Shown here: piece by piece, positions 27,201-40,933 of the stretch
Numbering within the stretch: position 1 is the first letter of the stretch
How the letters are laid out: every line of letters starts with the position of its first letter
Source: Catajapyx aquilonaris
Lineage: Eukaryota
DNA length: 64,000 nt
Direction of reading: 5' to 3'
Assembly: GCA_000934665.2 (NCBI GenBank)
Contig: KZ538014.1
Location: 1 to 64,000, forward strand
Position numbers and translations under genes: made by a program
The notes under the pieces: model-generated
Databases searched by the model: none
Told to the model about the DNA's origin: nothing
Seen by the model: the letters and a program-made list of their open reading frames with translations, nothing else

Positions 27201-30200
27201 TGGCCAAGCTCTTCGACTATCCCGATTCGCTGTCTGAGTGGTGGTCATCGCCCCCGAGGGTCATTTCTGGAGGGCAATGAGAAAAGAAGAAGGTGGTTGA
27301 CCTGCCGCAACTGTTTTATTCCCGTGAGAGAAGATTGCTGGAACCCGTGTCCAATGGATGGGTGGCTCAACAAGGGAGGGGTGGGTATATTGGAACCCAA
27401 AGTCTCAATGACCACCACAAAAAAAAACCCTTCCCTCACTTGCAATTGTCTCTGGGGGATTCCGCAGGGGACAACAAACAAGGGGGTTTAGCCCCCAGCA
27501 ATTCAGGGACTTCTTGGAACATACGACCGTTGCCCTCCGTTGCACAACCAACCCTAATAATCCTCATTATTTTACAGCAAAATATCAGTACGCAGCATTT
27601 GATCCCCCCCTGCTATTGTTAGGCGATTGTCTTTTTCAGCAGCCTTGCGCAATCAGGCGCAGATACCACTTGTATAGTAAATAGCCAGTCCCCCCCTCCC
27701 CTCCCGACATCCCAGTTTGATGCATCGAGTACACTATTGGGAGACGTCACTTGCATTGCGTGAGAGTGGTAAGCCCAATTGGTGGCTATTACATAAACAG
27801 ATAGCAAATCCGGGGGCGTCGGTCATAGAATCCACCTGTGCCGCCTTTTCCACACTGGACCGTCCGCTGATTGTGTGCACATTATCTCACATTGCGTTTG
27901 CACTAAATATGGTCGTTCAACACCCGGAATGGATTGCGGCCCGCTATTTTATTTTCACGTGCCAAACCCCGGCGCGTGTTAATTGCGCAACTATGTAAGA
28001 CCTGTTTTTTAAATTTATATGTTTCAAGGCGATTTTTTAAATGTGGAAAATCCAAACTAGTTTTTCGTAAATTGCGAGGGAGTTTAATATGGCATTCGAA
28101 TTTTTTAAAGGTTTATTTCTGACTTCTGAGCTACTTGCTCCAAGGTAGGCAATATCCTTCAAAAGACGGACTGCAGTGTGAGAATAAATAAAAAAAGTAT
28201 GGGGGAAAAAACTATCCCACATTTTAAGGGACCTCTGGCCTGGAGTGTCATTCATTGTCCTGTTATATGAATATTTTATCCCTTGGTAGTTTTTTCCAAA
28301 ATTGAACTCAGGAAGGTTAGACTGTGGCAATTTTTTTTAAAGGGGGGAAGGACATTTGGGAGGGATGATAGAGGGTCGTAGCCAGCTATTTTATTTTGTG
28401 GAGCCATAACCTAGTGGTGACCGACTTCGGATGAAGCGGACACTCCATTTCGAAGCCCACTCGTCCTGGGTACAATGGAGGGGAGTAGGAGAAGGGGAGG
28501 AAATCGGTATTTTGGCACTTAACCTCAGTTATGATGATACCATATGACTTCCTTCTGTGGCTGTAAAATCTGGCCGGAAGAACTAAATAAAGAACACACA
28601 TTTTGCTGCTTAAACACAATAATTTTATTATACTTAGTATAAATGGTATTCAATTTACCAGTGATTGAGTTCGCTGGTAGTAAAATGAATTGTGGCCAGA
28701 GGGGGGAAACCACACTAAGCCTAGAGGAGAGTGCGAAAATGCTGGCTTTCATTTTATGCGAATTGGGGAACTAAGTGGAAGTAATGAAGGACACTCTTTT
28801 TGCCCACACTAAGACGCTCCATGTCAGTCTGCTTAAAATTCCCCTCTGCTGAGACTATTACGTAAAGAGAGAAGATTGCTCACGGTGTCAGTAACCCGTC
28901 AAAAGAGAAAAAAAAAGGTAGCGGCTGTACTGTTACTATATTAAGCCATTATCGCTGATTCATAGTTAAATGAAGTTTAAGCTAGCAGAAAAGCCCAAGT
29001 TTGGGCTCCGCGATTTTTTTTGCACCCCTTTTCCTCCTATATAGTTCTTCATTGCACCTTCATGCATTTAAATAGCTCGGAGTCCTTTTTTTACGAGAGT
29101 GGCTACTTTTTGGAGGATAATCCCTTCCCGCACGTAGGCGCTTCCTAATGTTCTCCATTTGGGACCAATGTATCTGAGGGGAGGTGGAAGTAGAGAGAAG
29201 GGGGCCTGATTTCAAAAAAAGGGGGGGAAGGTGGAAGGATCTTTTTTTCAAATTGGGGGGGAAGGATGGGTTGGAAGTAATTTTCCATAATAGGTTTAAT
29301 CACTGGCAAGATTTGAGAATAGACGTTGATGGGAAGGTTTTTGGGGAGAGGGTGGCAGGAGAAGGTGGAGGGGAGGGAGAATGGTAGTGAGGCCTGTTCC
29401 GCAATGCGGAAGGATCTGCACAAGCCAGTGGGCTCTTTTGTCAGGCCACATGCAAAGCCTGTCAGTGCAGGTCTTTGCCCGCAATGTTCACAGATTCACC
29501 TGTTGGACACGGCTTACCAAAGAGTCCCAGCTAATTGAGGATGTCAGGATATTGATACTTGGATTAGCTGGAAAATCCTTTAGTGAAGTAAGCAATGCAA
29601 ATGCCGTGAAAAAATATACACCTTACCTCTCCTGACCCAAGCTGGCTTAAACCTTCCTTGTAAAGGTCGCAGTAATATGTTGTATGAAATATATATTAAG
29701 TTATGTAGACCTAACTGTTGAAAGTTTCATGGTTTCAATAAGTTCACTAAATTACCTATGGTGTGTGCGCTATTGCGTATCCTAAACGTAACAGAGCAGT
29801 AAACTATTTGGAATCTTGTAACAAGAATCATTTCAATATATTTGGCTATTGTAGTAATTAGCTAAAAATTACTACTGTTTTTAACATATCTGTTCATACC
29901 AACTTACATAACACAAAACGGAGGCCAACGCATAACGTTTTAAATATTGTAAACTCTTCAATGCAATACTTTATTGGCTAAAATTTTGCATAACATTTAT
30001 CTCTAGATATATAGTCAAGGAAAGCTGATCTTGGTGCATTAAGTTTGGAGAGTATAGGCTATAATAAAAAATAGTGACAGTCCTCATAGATTAAAAGTGT
30101 GCTATAGCAGCTGCGCCCGTACCATTTTGAGGACATGTCGCCACCAGAATGGTGATAGTTGCTCCCACCCTTACTTCTTACCCGCAATGTCCTGTCTGAA

Positions 30201-33200
30201 TATGAGTCTTCTTCTGAAGAAAGCGCAGTTTTGTGCAGTGATTAGGAGAGCAGCATCCAGTTTCAGGCAGTCTGTGTCACAAGACACCAGAAAACTGGAG
30301 GACGAAATGAAAAACCACCCCCTCCCTTCCTATGTCCCCAGGAGACTTTGCCTTAATTTGTTCATCTCGCACCACCATCTTTTTTTATCTGATCTTTCTT
30401 GTCCTTTTTGAGAGGCTGTTGGGTGGAGGGAAACAAGAGTGTTGGAATAACAGCAATAACCTTACCTGACAATGATGTGTAATCAGTGCGGTGTGTAGTA
30501 GCGTCAAGAAGACACGGAAACTGCCCCTAACTGTTCAATTACGGGGCCTAATTGGTGGAATATGTTGGTCGTAAACAAGGCGGAGGATTTGGCACCCGCA
30601 GAACGGGGCAAAGTTGTATGCTAATGCGCAAAATTATCTGCTGCATTTCGAAACGGGGGCCGCCACGGTTCCCCATGTGTTTTCAACTGCATACAGTATA
30701 TGGTAATTGTGGAGTTGGGCTGTTGTTTCCCACACTTAGCAAGCCGTGGACGTCCGGGAGATAAAAGCAAACGATAGGTAATTCTCCCCGCACCTAAATA
30801 ATCTCAATACTGAGAATCATGGCGCCAGAAATCACCTCCCGAGAAATTTTACGAGATGGGCGTTTCCAGGTTTTTTTTCGACCCCCTCACCCACTATACC
30901 ACCCGCGAAAAACTCCAATCCCATTTATTCACTTTTATTCCTCTTTCAGCCCCGCTTGTCTACCCAATATCCATCTACTTTACTTAACAATACCTCATCT
31001 GGACCTGTAGAGTGTTCTGTCAGTCGCTGAATTTGCATTGTAATGGTACAGAATGGTCCTAGTCAAGTGATGGTGCAGAAAAAAAATACGTCGATTGTAA
31101 ATTCAATGAGTAGTTTAGTTGGAGTCATGTTTTCAAAATGCTAATAACTATTACCAATTGCAGGTGCTGTACACAGACTGCTGGGAAGCTGGATCTAGTC
31201 AGATGAGGAATGAATTTTGGCGAACAGGTAAGTCTGATTTTTACAGATGAAAAAAATGGCGACTCCCAAAAATTGTCAACCACACTCTGTCATCATTAAT
31301 GCAATTGGTCCGATAATTAGAACGCGTAGTAAGCATTCCGATGCGATGCATATTATGTGCTTTCAAAACCTCGTTTCTGAACGTGCCACTTAGCCAGCCG
31401 GCATGGACAGCGAAATGTATGAGTTACGAGGTTTGACAGCACATCGACGACATGTGTTTGACAATCAGCAAGGCCATTTGGTGACGAGAGTCCGAAATGA
31501 ACAAAACTCATGTTTACTAAAACGGTACACGATAATAATGAGATCGTTGCGTAACAGTCGGACGCTGCATTTTATAGCCACATGGGGATATAGGCATATG
31601 TGCCAACGATGAAATATGTCATCGTGCTATTACCATGCTAAAACATCCTTTTAGCGTGTAAATGAGCCGTGTCGAATGTTCTTCTGGAAACGAGGGACAA
31701 AAATGCACAGACATCATGAAAGGCATAAGGTAGTCCTATAGACGAAAGAGAATCATTCGCTCTAAAACCTTTGTGGGCGCCGTGCTGTAGACCAATCAAA
31801 GTCACCGCACTGTGAAATCACTGTTTCGTTAGAGTAGAGCGCAGTAAAAAAAAAGCGTCCTAAGTCACATTAGTGGCGTCCTTCTGACACTAAGTGGATC
31901 GTTCAGGTCCGGTAAGCTTCCCATAAGAAAGAAAGCATCTTGTTTTTCTCTGGAAAAAGTGACAAGTGGTGGGAAGCCAACGATTTATTAACATGCAGCT
32001 CGTCTGAGTGGAAGTACGCCACTCCTGGACACTTCGTTACCACATCTTTGTCCCTGAAAAATATTCATAATTGCAATCGATGACATCCCAATTGCTCGGA
32101 TGCAGGCGAGGCAAACAGGTCAATTGAAGGCAATCGTGGACTCCATGTTGACCATAAACCCTCGGGTCCCAGTCGTATAAATATGTCAACCGCCCACTAA
32201 TGATTTGGCCTGAAGAAATCGACACCAGTTGTCTTGTTCGACGCCACATAAACTTGGGAGTCCCTGAAATAGGAGAATTTCATGTTAAAAAATATTGTAC
32301 ATATGTCACAGCCTGCACTATTTTTTCGGGTGGGGGGGGGGGATCTAAAAAAAATAGGTGTGGCTCTGAAAGTGTCTGAGCACTCTGGAAGTACAGGGCT
32401 GTTAAAGGTGATGGGGAGGAAAATGGGGAGTGACATTTTTTTCAGGAGGAGGTCAGCTCTGGAAATGGGCAGTCTGGCGGATTTTTGAAAGGCAGCGGTG
32501 CGCAGCAGCCGCGTAATGGACAATTTGCTTATTATCCTCGGTTTGTTGGAGAAGAAGTGGGATCGTATTCGTGCTTAATTTAACCAGGATGTACCTTGGC
32601 GTGATGTTGAGTTGAAGGGGGGAGGTTGTGTAGTAGAGGATCAGGGTGCTAAAAAGCATCCTACAGGAAATTATTGTGAATGAACACAAGCGGATTACAT
32701 GGTTTGGAATCTGGAAAATGGCGTCGGGAAGAGTGGTTGCGAATACTTGTGAAGAATCCAATTTTTGTTGTTGAGAGGACATTGTTGAATTTACTCAATG
32801 AATCAGATGTTTCTGATAACAGCCTACAGGATTTTAATTACAGAGTCGCAACAAAGAAAAAAAATGGTGCCACATTCCTATTTACATTTGGACTGGTCTG
32901 CTATGAGTGCTATCCATTTAATTACGAGCTCATTGCATGGCATAATTTCTGAGCAGATAAGCACCGAGTTTTCATGCGGAACGCTCCGTGTCAAAATCCC
33001 CTCGAATTGGTCGCCAAGGACTGATGACATGCTCATCCAAAGTAATTATTAGCATAACGCCCGCTCTTCTTATCCTCAACTGAATTGATAGTCCTAGTGG
33101 TGCATTAACCTCGTGTATACATCAATTGGAGTGATCAGTCAATATTTGAGCAGCATAATTTTCACTCAGTGCATAGCAGGCCTATCAATCGTATGAAATG

Positions 33201-36200
33201 AGTCTGCCGTCTCGTGGCCGAAGCTATAAAAACAATGAATTCTCTGGAGGTTCTAGGAAGCAGTAGTGGCCGACATCGCGCCCTATTTGTAGGCTCAATA
33301 TAGGGTCGTCAGAGACCACAGAAGCGGCGATCAAGTGCCATGCGAGCCACACTCAACATGGAGAATACTAAGTACCCATTACGCACACCTTCCACGGAGG
33401 CTCCTCCACCGGGAGACTCATGAATTATCGCTAGTGCTTGGTGCTGCACTTCCCTAGCCCACGCACGGACTATTCAGCGGACAACATTCGGAATTGAATT
33501 CATGTGAAATATTCTACTCAATTTAATGAAACGGAATATTGGTTACCCCCCAGCTGCGGTATAATTCGTGCTCATTGCACGTTTTCTAGATTCGGGCTGC
33601 GCCGACTGGTGGATTTGTCCATCCAATTTTGAACTGGTCCCCTCTCCGTTCCCCAAGAATACCGGGTTCCAATATCTGGGAAAACAAAAAGTTTCTCCCC
33701 AAGTTTGATAGGTGTGGGGACCGATTCTTATGCGGGCGGTGGCAGCAGGCATTGGGGTGGTGCAAGGGGAGAGAACGATATTGTAGATATAGAAAATGTG
33801 AAAGGGCGTGCCTCCCGGTAAAGTCAGATTAACCCGCATTTTCTTCCCCCGGATCTCGGTTCCCCTGGAAAAAAAAAGTTATTGTTCATAACGTAAAGAA
33901 AATGTATATAGCCTGAGTAGATGTCCTGCAGTAGCCATCCGGTATCCTGGCTTATCCGGGGGGGTTGCAAATTCCACCAGCGTAGCCAAATAGATAAGGA
34001 TCCTTGACGTGGGAGGTGTTCCTCTAGGGACCTTACATAGGCATTTCTATTCTCCTCGACTTTGGCCCGGGGAAAACCTGATTTTCTTTCCCTAACCCCG
34101 AGCCGTCTACTTTCCCCTCCTAGAAAAGCCCTGGCGCCATCTTGCCACCGGAGTATTTTATTTTGCTCCACCGTCCTCCGGAACATGCATCCCACCCCAA
34201 GGACTAGTTAAGCCTGATGACATAGGTAAAAGTGTGACTCATCTCAAGTAATTATGGCATAAAGCCTGCCATATCCTCATTTTTGGGCGGAGGGGAGGTA
34301 CAGGGGCCATCAATCCTTGCAACCTTGTCCAATAAACTTCACGTGGTCCATGCTTCTCTGGCAGGGGGAAGAAAATGTAACGGTTGCGTTATCAGTGAGT
34401 TGCGAAAAAAAGGAGATAGCGAAATGTAGCGGGGAGATTAACGTCGGTGTGCCTTCTTTTTTTTTTTGGGGGGTATACCAGAGACTGGGGGGAACTTTCT
34501 TGGGCTCGTATAACAAGAGGGTGTGTATTAGACGCCTTGCTGAGGAGGACAATCCTCCCTCGGCTCCAAAACACTGCAATATAGAGCCATATTTCCTACT
34601 GCAATCTCAGTTTATTCATTCGGGGGGCCCCCGAGATTGTGCTCAGTGCTGAGGGAAGGAAATGGCGCCGCCCTATTTTTTATATGCTCTCAAAGAGTTT
34701 GAGGGGGATGGGGACACACGGAGGCAAAAATGTAGAAGAGGGGGTAGTGACACCGTAGAAAACCAGAATTAAAACATTCCGGAGTCTGCCTGTTATATGG
34801 GGGAATAGACAGACATGCAGTCTGGGAAATGAAAATTCTGAGAGACGGACACTGCGCAAGCTTGCTCTGTGTATGTCTTCGTGCGTGACATATGGCGGCT
34901 AATTCGTTCCAAGAAATCTAGGCCCTTAGTTTCGCCACGGTTGTTTTTTATTGCTTGGGTAAACAACCTTGGTGAAAAGAAAAGGCCAGGTGTTATGGAG
35001 GACGTTTGAAATTCATATGAAAATTGGGTATTGTTGGGAATTATCACATGTCGCAGATGTGTTCAATTGCTGTCGGTTGATGGGTATTTTGTCAGTATTA
35101 TGCAGCAGACAGTTGGTTAATATATTAGCGGTAAATTCGGCAGCGTGTCAGAATAATTATGTAGATCATCGGCAACATAAAAAGGCTTGCCATTTTTTTC
35201 GTACATAGCACTTATTATAACAGCATGGAAGTAGTAGCCTACTTTAACCACATTAGATAAAAGAGGACGTTTGCTAGTATGCTATGCGGTAACAGTATAT
35301 CAGAACAGTATCATGTTATACTTATACCAATAAAAATTAAAATTAAATCTTTGATTAACGATGCAAATATCTTTGCATAATTGGAGATCTTAATTTTCCT
35401 TCATACAACCGTCCTAAATTGCTAATAGCTAAACTAATAGCAATTATTATCGAGGGATGGATCTGATATAGGCCTGCTTATAACCTCACCTAGATATTTG
35501 TTTCCTGCATACAACTGACGCAAGCTGCACAAAACAGCACCATACCAAAGACCAGATATTTAATATGAGCGTAATATTACGAGAACAATTAAATTGATTT
35601 TTAAACACTTCCAGAACTGCACAATCTGCTCTGAGAGACAGGTAATTGAGCAGACGACGCGGTGCAGTATATACAGAAAGAAAAGTGGCACCATTCCTAT
35701 AAGGGACATTGTGAATCCATTGAAGCAGTCTCAGTGGAATGCGAAAGCGGATCAGTGAGTCTTCCTTCTTGGCGGTGGCACGTGTAGTAAAAAGATATAT
35801 AGGCCATACGCCTGGGCCGGGATCGGATGCATGAAACGTAAAGCACCGCATTAAATTCAATCAAGTGGTGCATTTACACTTATAGAGCTGTAAAAACGCA
35901 CTTGTGTAATTTTATGGCAATGGTGATCATATCTGGAAATGGTAGTTGTAAACAGGTTCTTCCCCTCCCTTAGAGGGGTATAGGGGAGTGCTGTTGGATA
36001 GGTGGAGGGAGGGTGGTGCCCACGTGCTTAGGCATTTTACTGGGTCAGGGTTCAGCTTGAGGGGGAGGTAATCACTGCGGGCAGAGCGTAAAAATCCGGC
36101 AGAAAAATTCCATAAAATGGGTGAGTGACAAATTGACACTTTGATTGCCTCTGGGAACAAGATACTTATTCGCAGAACGGAACTTGCTTCCGGATGAATG

Positions 36201-39200
36201 GGTTTCTTACGTGAATATAAATCTGCGCTTTGGCTTTTATGGGCTATGTTTTCAATGAGTGCCAAGGTGAATGCAGTTGGAACATATTTGCATACTGCAC
36301 TTTCATTTGGAGGGGAAAAAAGGACGGCTAATGCGACCCGCAATTTTCCAGAGTGTGACTGGACAGTGCTACCGGCCAGCACACTCACCCACACAAACAT
36401 TTGTCCTCGCAATATTTTGTACGAATGTAGCTCCCCCCAGTGTGACATGTCAACCCATGTGAAAGGGACAAACCCCACCCCCCTGGATTTTATACCCCTG
36501 GTAGCCTACCGTATCCTCTTTTCTCCAGTTTCCCTCTCCCCAGTGGTGTTTGGGCGCAGTATACACACCAGATAGATAGGCCTAGGTAAGTAAAAAAAGA
36601 AACAAAAAAATACAAGGGGCTTGTATCAGTGAGAGGTCGGACGGCGGAAGAGTAGCCGCGGATGGATATTGGCCGGCCGGGTGAGTCAGAGCTTGATCCA
36701 ATTAGGCCTAGTTGCTTGCATGCGGGGGAATCCCCGGCTTTTACTTTGCTGCAGAGGGTGGGCTCCGAATGGGTCGTACTAAAAGCATAGTTTCATCAGT
36801 ACCCCTGCGCCGCTTCATTACGTTCAACTCCGCCTCCGCCTCCACATTTTCATTAGGGACGTCTCACCTGAGCCTTCCATTTTTCATGTAGAGGTATCCC
36901 TCCGCCGCTTCCATCCGGGGAACTTCCAGAGAGGGGGGGATTTCTCCCCCACCCACGTATTATTTCCTCCCTCATTCACGCCATCAACTCTTAGGTTAAT
37001 TAGGAAAAGTCGGTCCCTAGCCGTACTTTCTCATCATCTGTTACAAGTGATCAGGGGTAGGGATTATTGTTGTGGGATTTTCTGGATGGAAGGCGTGTCC
37101 AGTTTTTTTTGAGGAATTCAGGATGTAGGATGAATGCGGGTGATGATGTGTATTTAGTGTATTTAGAATAGGGGGTGGGGGGGGGGATAAACAATAACAG
37201 GAGAGTGTTAGCATGATTTATGTCGATTTACTTTTTTGGTTTTCAAACAAACTGTGCACATGCTTTTGTGTACTGTTACTGGAGATGATTAATTGCATGC
37301 TTTGACGCAACACTAACCGGACAAAACATGTCCAATCGCAGCATTGTAAAAAATGGCATTCCTGTCCCATTATTAAGCAACAGGAAAGCGCACCTAGATA
37401 CGCTTATTTTCCTTAACGACCATCCAATTAAGACATACATAACTCTCCTGTTCACATAAATTTGAGCAGGAATTTTAAGCAATCGCACAATAAATACATT
37501 ACTTGTCCACCTCCTTTTTGTTTTAAAAAAAGTGGAATCACTTCTGCCAAGCCTAGACCATTTCCGCCATATCTGGTTACGCTTGGCTGCCAAAAAGTGA
37601 GAAAAAGTTTTGCCGAGCTGAAATTGGCCGTCTGCGTGATGCGATGGCATCTTCCGTTATCAGGAAACGACTTAATTTGCCCTATTATTTTTAAAGCTGG
37701 AAAGATGGGACCGTGGGGGTGAGGCAAGAATTTATAAAGATGGCGTGCACAACGCGAGACGCCGGGGTGTCATGCGAGATTTTATGAGCAGTTTGTCAGA
37801 CCGCTAATGATTGGGCAGCGAGCAAAACGTGGCTGTTCATCATCACTATCTGATTCCAGTCTACTAAGAAAAAAAAAGCGCGGGCAAATAATGGCGAGAT
37901 GGCAAGATGTGTGTATCTATATAGGCTGATATTTTTTTCTGATCGTAGTAGGAGACTATAAATGATTGGTGGCGCCTTTAATGAGACGCCACCACGCCAA
38001 CAGTTCCAAAAGGACACTTTCGTGTCTCTTGGGTGGCCACGAGGCCCATACATTTTTTTGGAAAGCTAATTAGTCTCAATTGGGGAGACCTGGTAAAGAA
38101 AACTGTCCCTTGCCTACCCCGACCACATGCAAACACACACGCACATACACACGTGCGCAAACACAGGGCCCCATGGCACCAACTCTTCAATGAACTGTTC
38201 CTTGTTAAGTGTAATATTATGGCCCCCCTGTTGGAGAGGGAAACGGCTCTCTAAATTTCTAACGAGCCATTATTTTTAGCACTCCCGCTCTACCTTGCGC
38301 GCCAACTTGATGGGTTAGAAATGCGGGATGGCTTTTTCATGAAATAGGCCTAGACCTGCTAACACACTTTTCGTCTTGACTTTGCTTTGTGGGGAGGTTC
38401 AAGCCGACGAATGGCTTTAGCAAGGACAGCGACAGTGGCTTTAAAATGGAGCATTTTTTTTTCTAGATGTTTTCATGTTCGATAGCCATTTTTTTGTATG
38501 GGTTTTGTTTTGGGTTAATGAATTTAAGCTTGTATCCACGAAATTTATGAGGTTAAATGAGTTGATGGCATTATGGGATGCGGTTTTAAAAATAGATGGT
38601 GTTTGTCATAAAGCTTATCAGTAGTTTTATCTTTACGACTTGGATAGATGCCTGTTACTTGACCCTGTTGATCACATGATCCTAATCAGTATTTGGTATA
38701 AACAGCAAATCCTGGTAGCACTACTTGATTTAGAGCGTGTGCCAGACAGGGATACGACAGTTTCCACGTGGCATTGCATTGGATAATATATAAACACCAA
38801 AAAAATAATTTTACATCAGAAATGTTATGACTGGTTACCGATGCGGATGACTGACTTACTACCATTATATTGCATAATCCATTCTTTTGGATGCAGGCTA
38901 GTGCTATGTATTGCGGAGTGTGTAATGTTGTTTAATTTGTATTGTACAAATTTTCTCCCTATACAGTAATGTACAGTATTTTTAATGTTTTTTTCATGTT
39001 TCCCATTATTAATATTGGCTCTACTTTGAAAGTTTGGGAGCCTCAAGAACGAGTTTATTCCGACTTAGTTTTCTGTTCCATTGAATATATGCCAAGTAGT
39101 ATAGAAATTCTATTAGTAGTAGAAAACCTGCAATATGATAATGGCAACTTTTCAGTTGAGGAAAAACATAATTATGCCATATTCTTTTGCGTTACTAATC

Positions 39201-40694
39201 ACTGAGGTGCTGTTGTATACCATTGCTCAGATATATATATAGGCTAGCATTCATGGGTTAGCCAGTGTTACTATTTGGTTAATTGTTGCCAACAATATTA
39301 CTAACCAAAGAAAACTTGTGGTTCCATTGTGTATACATATCATCTCATATGTTTTGCCATCATAATCTGCAGAGTCAAGACAGTGTTTATGTCTTGTATG
39401 AATTTATTGTAAATCATTATGAGAAATGTGACCATAATCAGGATATCAATGCGTCTAACATACAGGGGTTTTGCATCATATAGAAAGCCCGTAACTATTG
39501 TCCTATTTAAATTTTGCATTATTCAATTTAACGTATAATTTTTAGTTTGTTATAATTCTTACAGTTACTTTTCAGGCTGCTAAATATGTCCATTAAATTT
39601 CTTTGAGGAGACACCTCAACGAACTCGTGCCGATCCTTACGCAAATCGTCGTCGACTTGAAAATATTCCGTCACTTTATGCCTGAAATTTGTAATTATAG
39701 AAACAAACTGATTGCGTTTATTTAAAACCCAAAAATCATGTCATTGATTTATAGATAGCAGTTTAGTGGCATTTGGTGTTTCGGGAGTTGGTGATGAATA
39801 TTTTCTTGAAGAAGGCATTCCGCCGTACCTTATAACTTACATCAATTTCACCCCGGCCGGTTTTTACATTTCGATGCCGATTAATTTTTTGCAATCGAGA
39901 CTGTATTTTATACAGCGGAAAAATTTATCTTTGAACAACATTACAGAGGAATTATTACCTATGTAGGACCTGAAAAGACATTTGTCTGCAACAGAGTAGC
40001 CAAGTCACGTTTAGCAATATTAAGAGTCCTATGAATATTATGCATTGCATGTCTTCAATTTATCAAATCCTGTTTGTGTAACATAAGATACAAAAAAAAA
40101 ATCATTTCTAAGTTCAGTCAACTTCCTCTCCTGCCGGAGGGTTTCAGGGGTGGCCAAGTACGTTCCTTGTTATGCAATGTCCGTCTCTTCAACTTTTTGC
40201 TTCAAAGTTACATTTTTATCTTATTAGGGTCAAGTGGCTTGGCAGCATTATTTTATTCTCAGAATTCACCCACCATATCATAATTTTGTTGATAGCCTAT
40301 ATATTATCTTCATGCTGTATATAAGTTTCTTTCTCAATCGTCTCAATTTCTCAATTTCAAAGAAGTTGAGATTAACCGACTTTCTCTTAGGGCAATGACA
40401 CATGTTTGCGTTACGTAATTTTAATAGGGGTGGAGGAACAACTTGAGCGTGTATGAGAGTAAGATGGGCATATTTTATAATATGTGTTATTTAATGCCAA
40501 AAATGACGACAATGCACTGGGTTTGGTGAAAGCCAAAATGAGTGGTATCGTCAGAAAATGCCACGTAGCCTATATAGTTCAAAATTATTTTAATTGAAAT
40601 TAATTTCTGTGAATAATATGGGGCTTATTTTGCACGCCATTTTTATTACTTATGATGACTTACATACCAGGTTGTACCAGCGAATGTAAAAAAT

Positions 40695-40933
40695 GAGGGG
40701 TCTCAGATCAAAGGCGGCTAAGTCCAAAAAACGGGTCGTAAAATGAGCAAAAACTGCTGATTACTTAACATTCACTGGTACAATCTTGAAACTTTTTGCG
40801 TCCATATGTTGCCACGGCTCAAGCTACATACGCAAATGTGCAATTAATAAATGACATTAAAATACATTATTGCTGTACGTATTTGTGTTACATCCCCCAA
40901 AAATGGACTTAGCCGCCTTTGATCTGAGACCTC
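40695..40933. mobile_element. 239-bp MITE with GAG...CTC ends (Sola-like?)
   Basis: Perfect 28-bp inverted repeat GGTCTCAGATCAAAGGCGGCTAAGTCCA (40699-40726 / 40904-40931); outer ends GAG/CTC flanked by AAT on both sides; TSD length ambiguous. Confidence 0.85.

Noticed and set aside
31369..31695. CCTCGTTTC / GAAACGAGG inverted pair
   Set aside because: Only 9 bp, with no convincing TSD.
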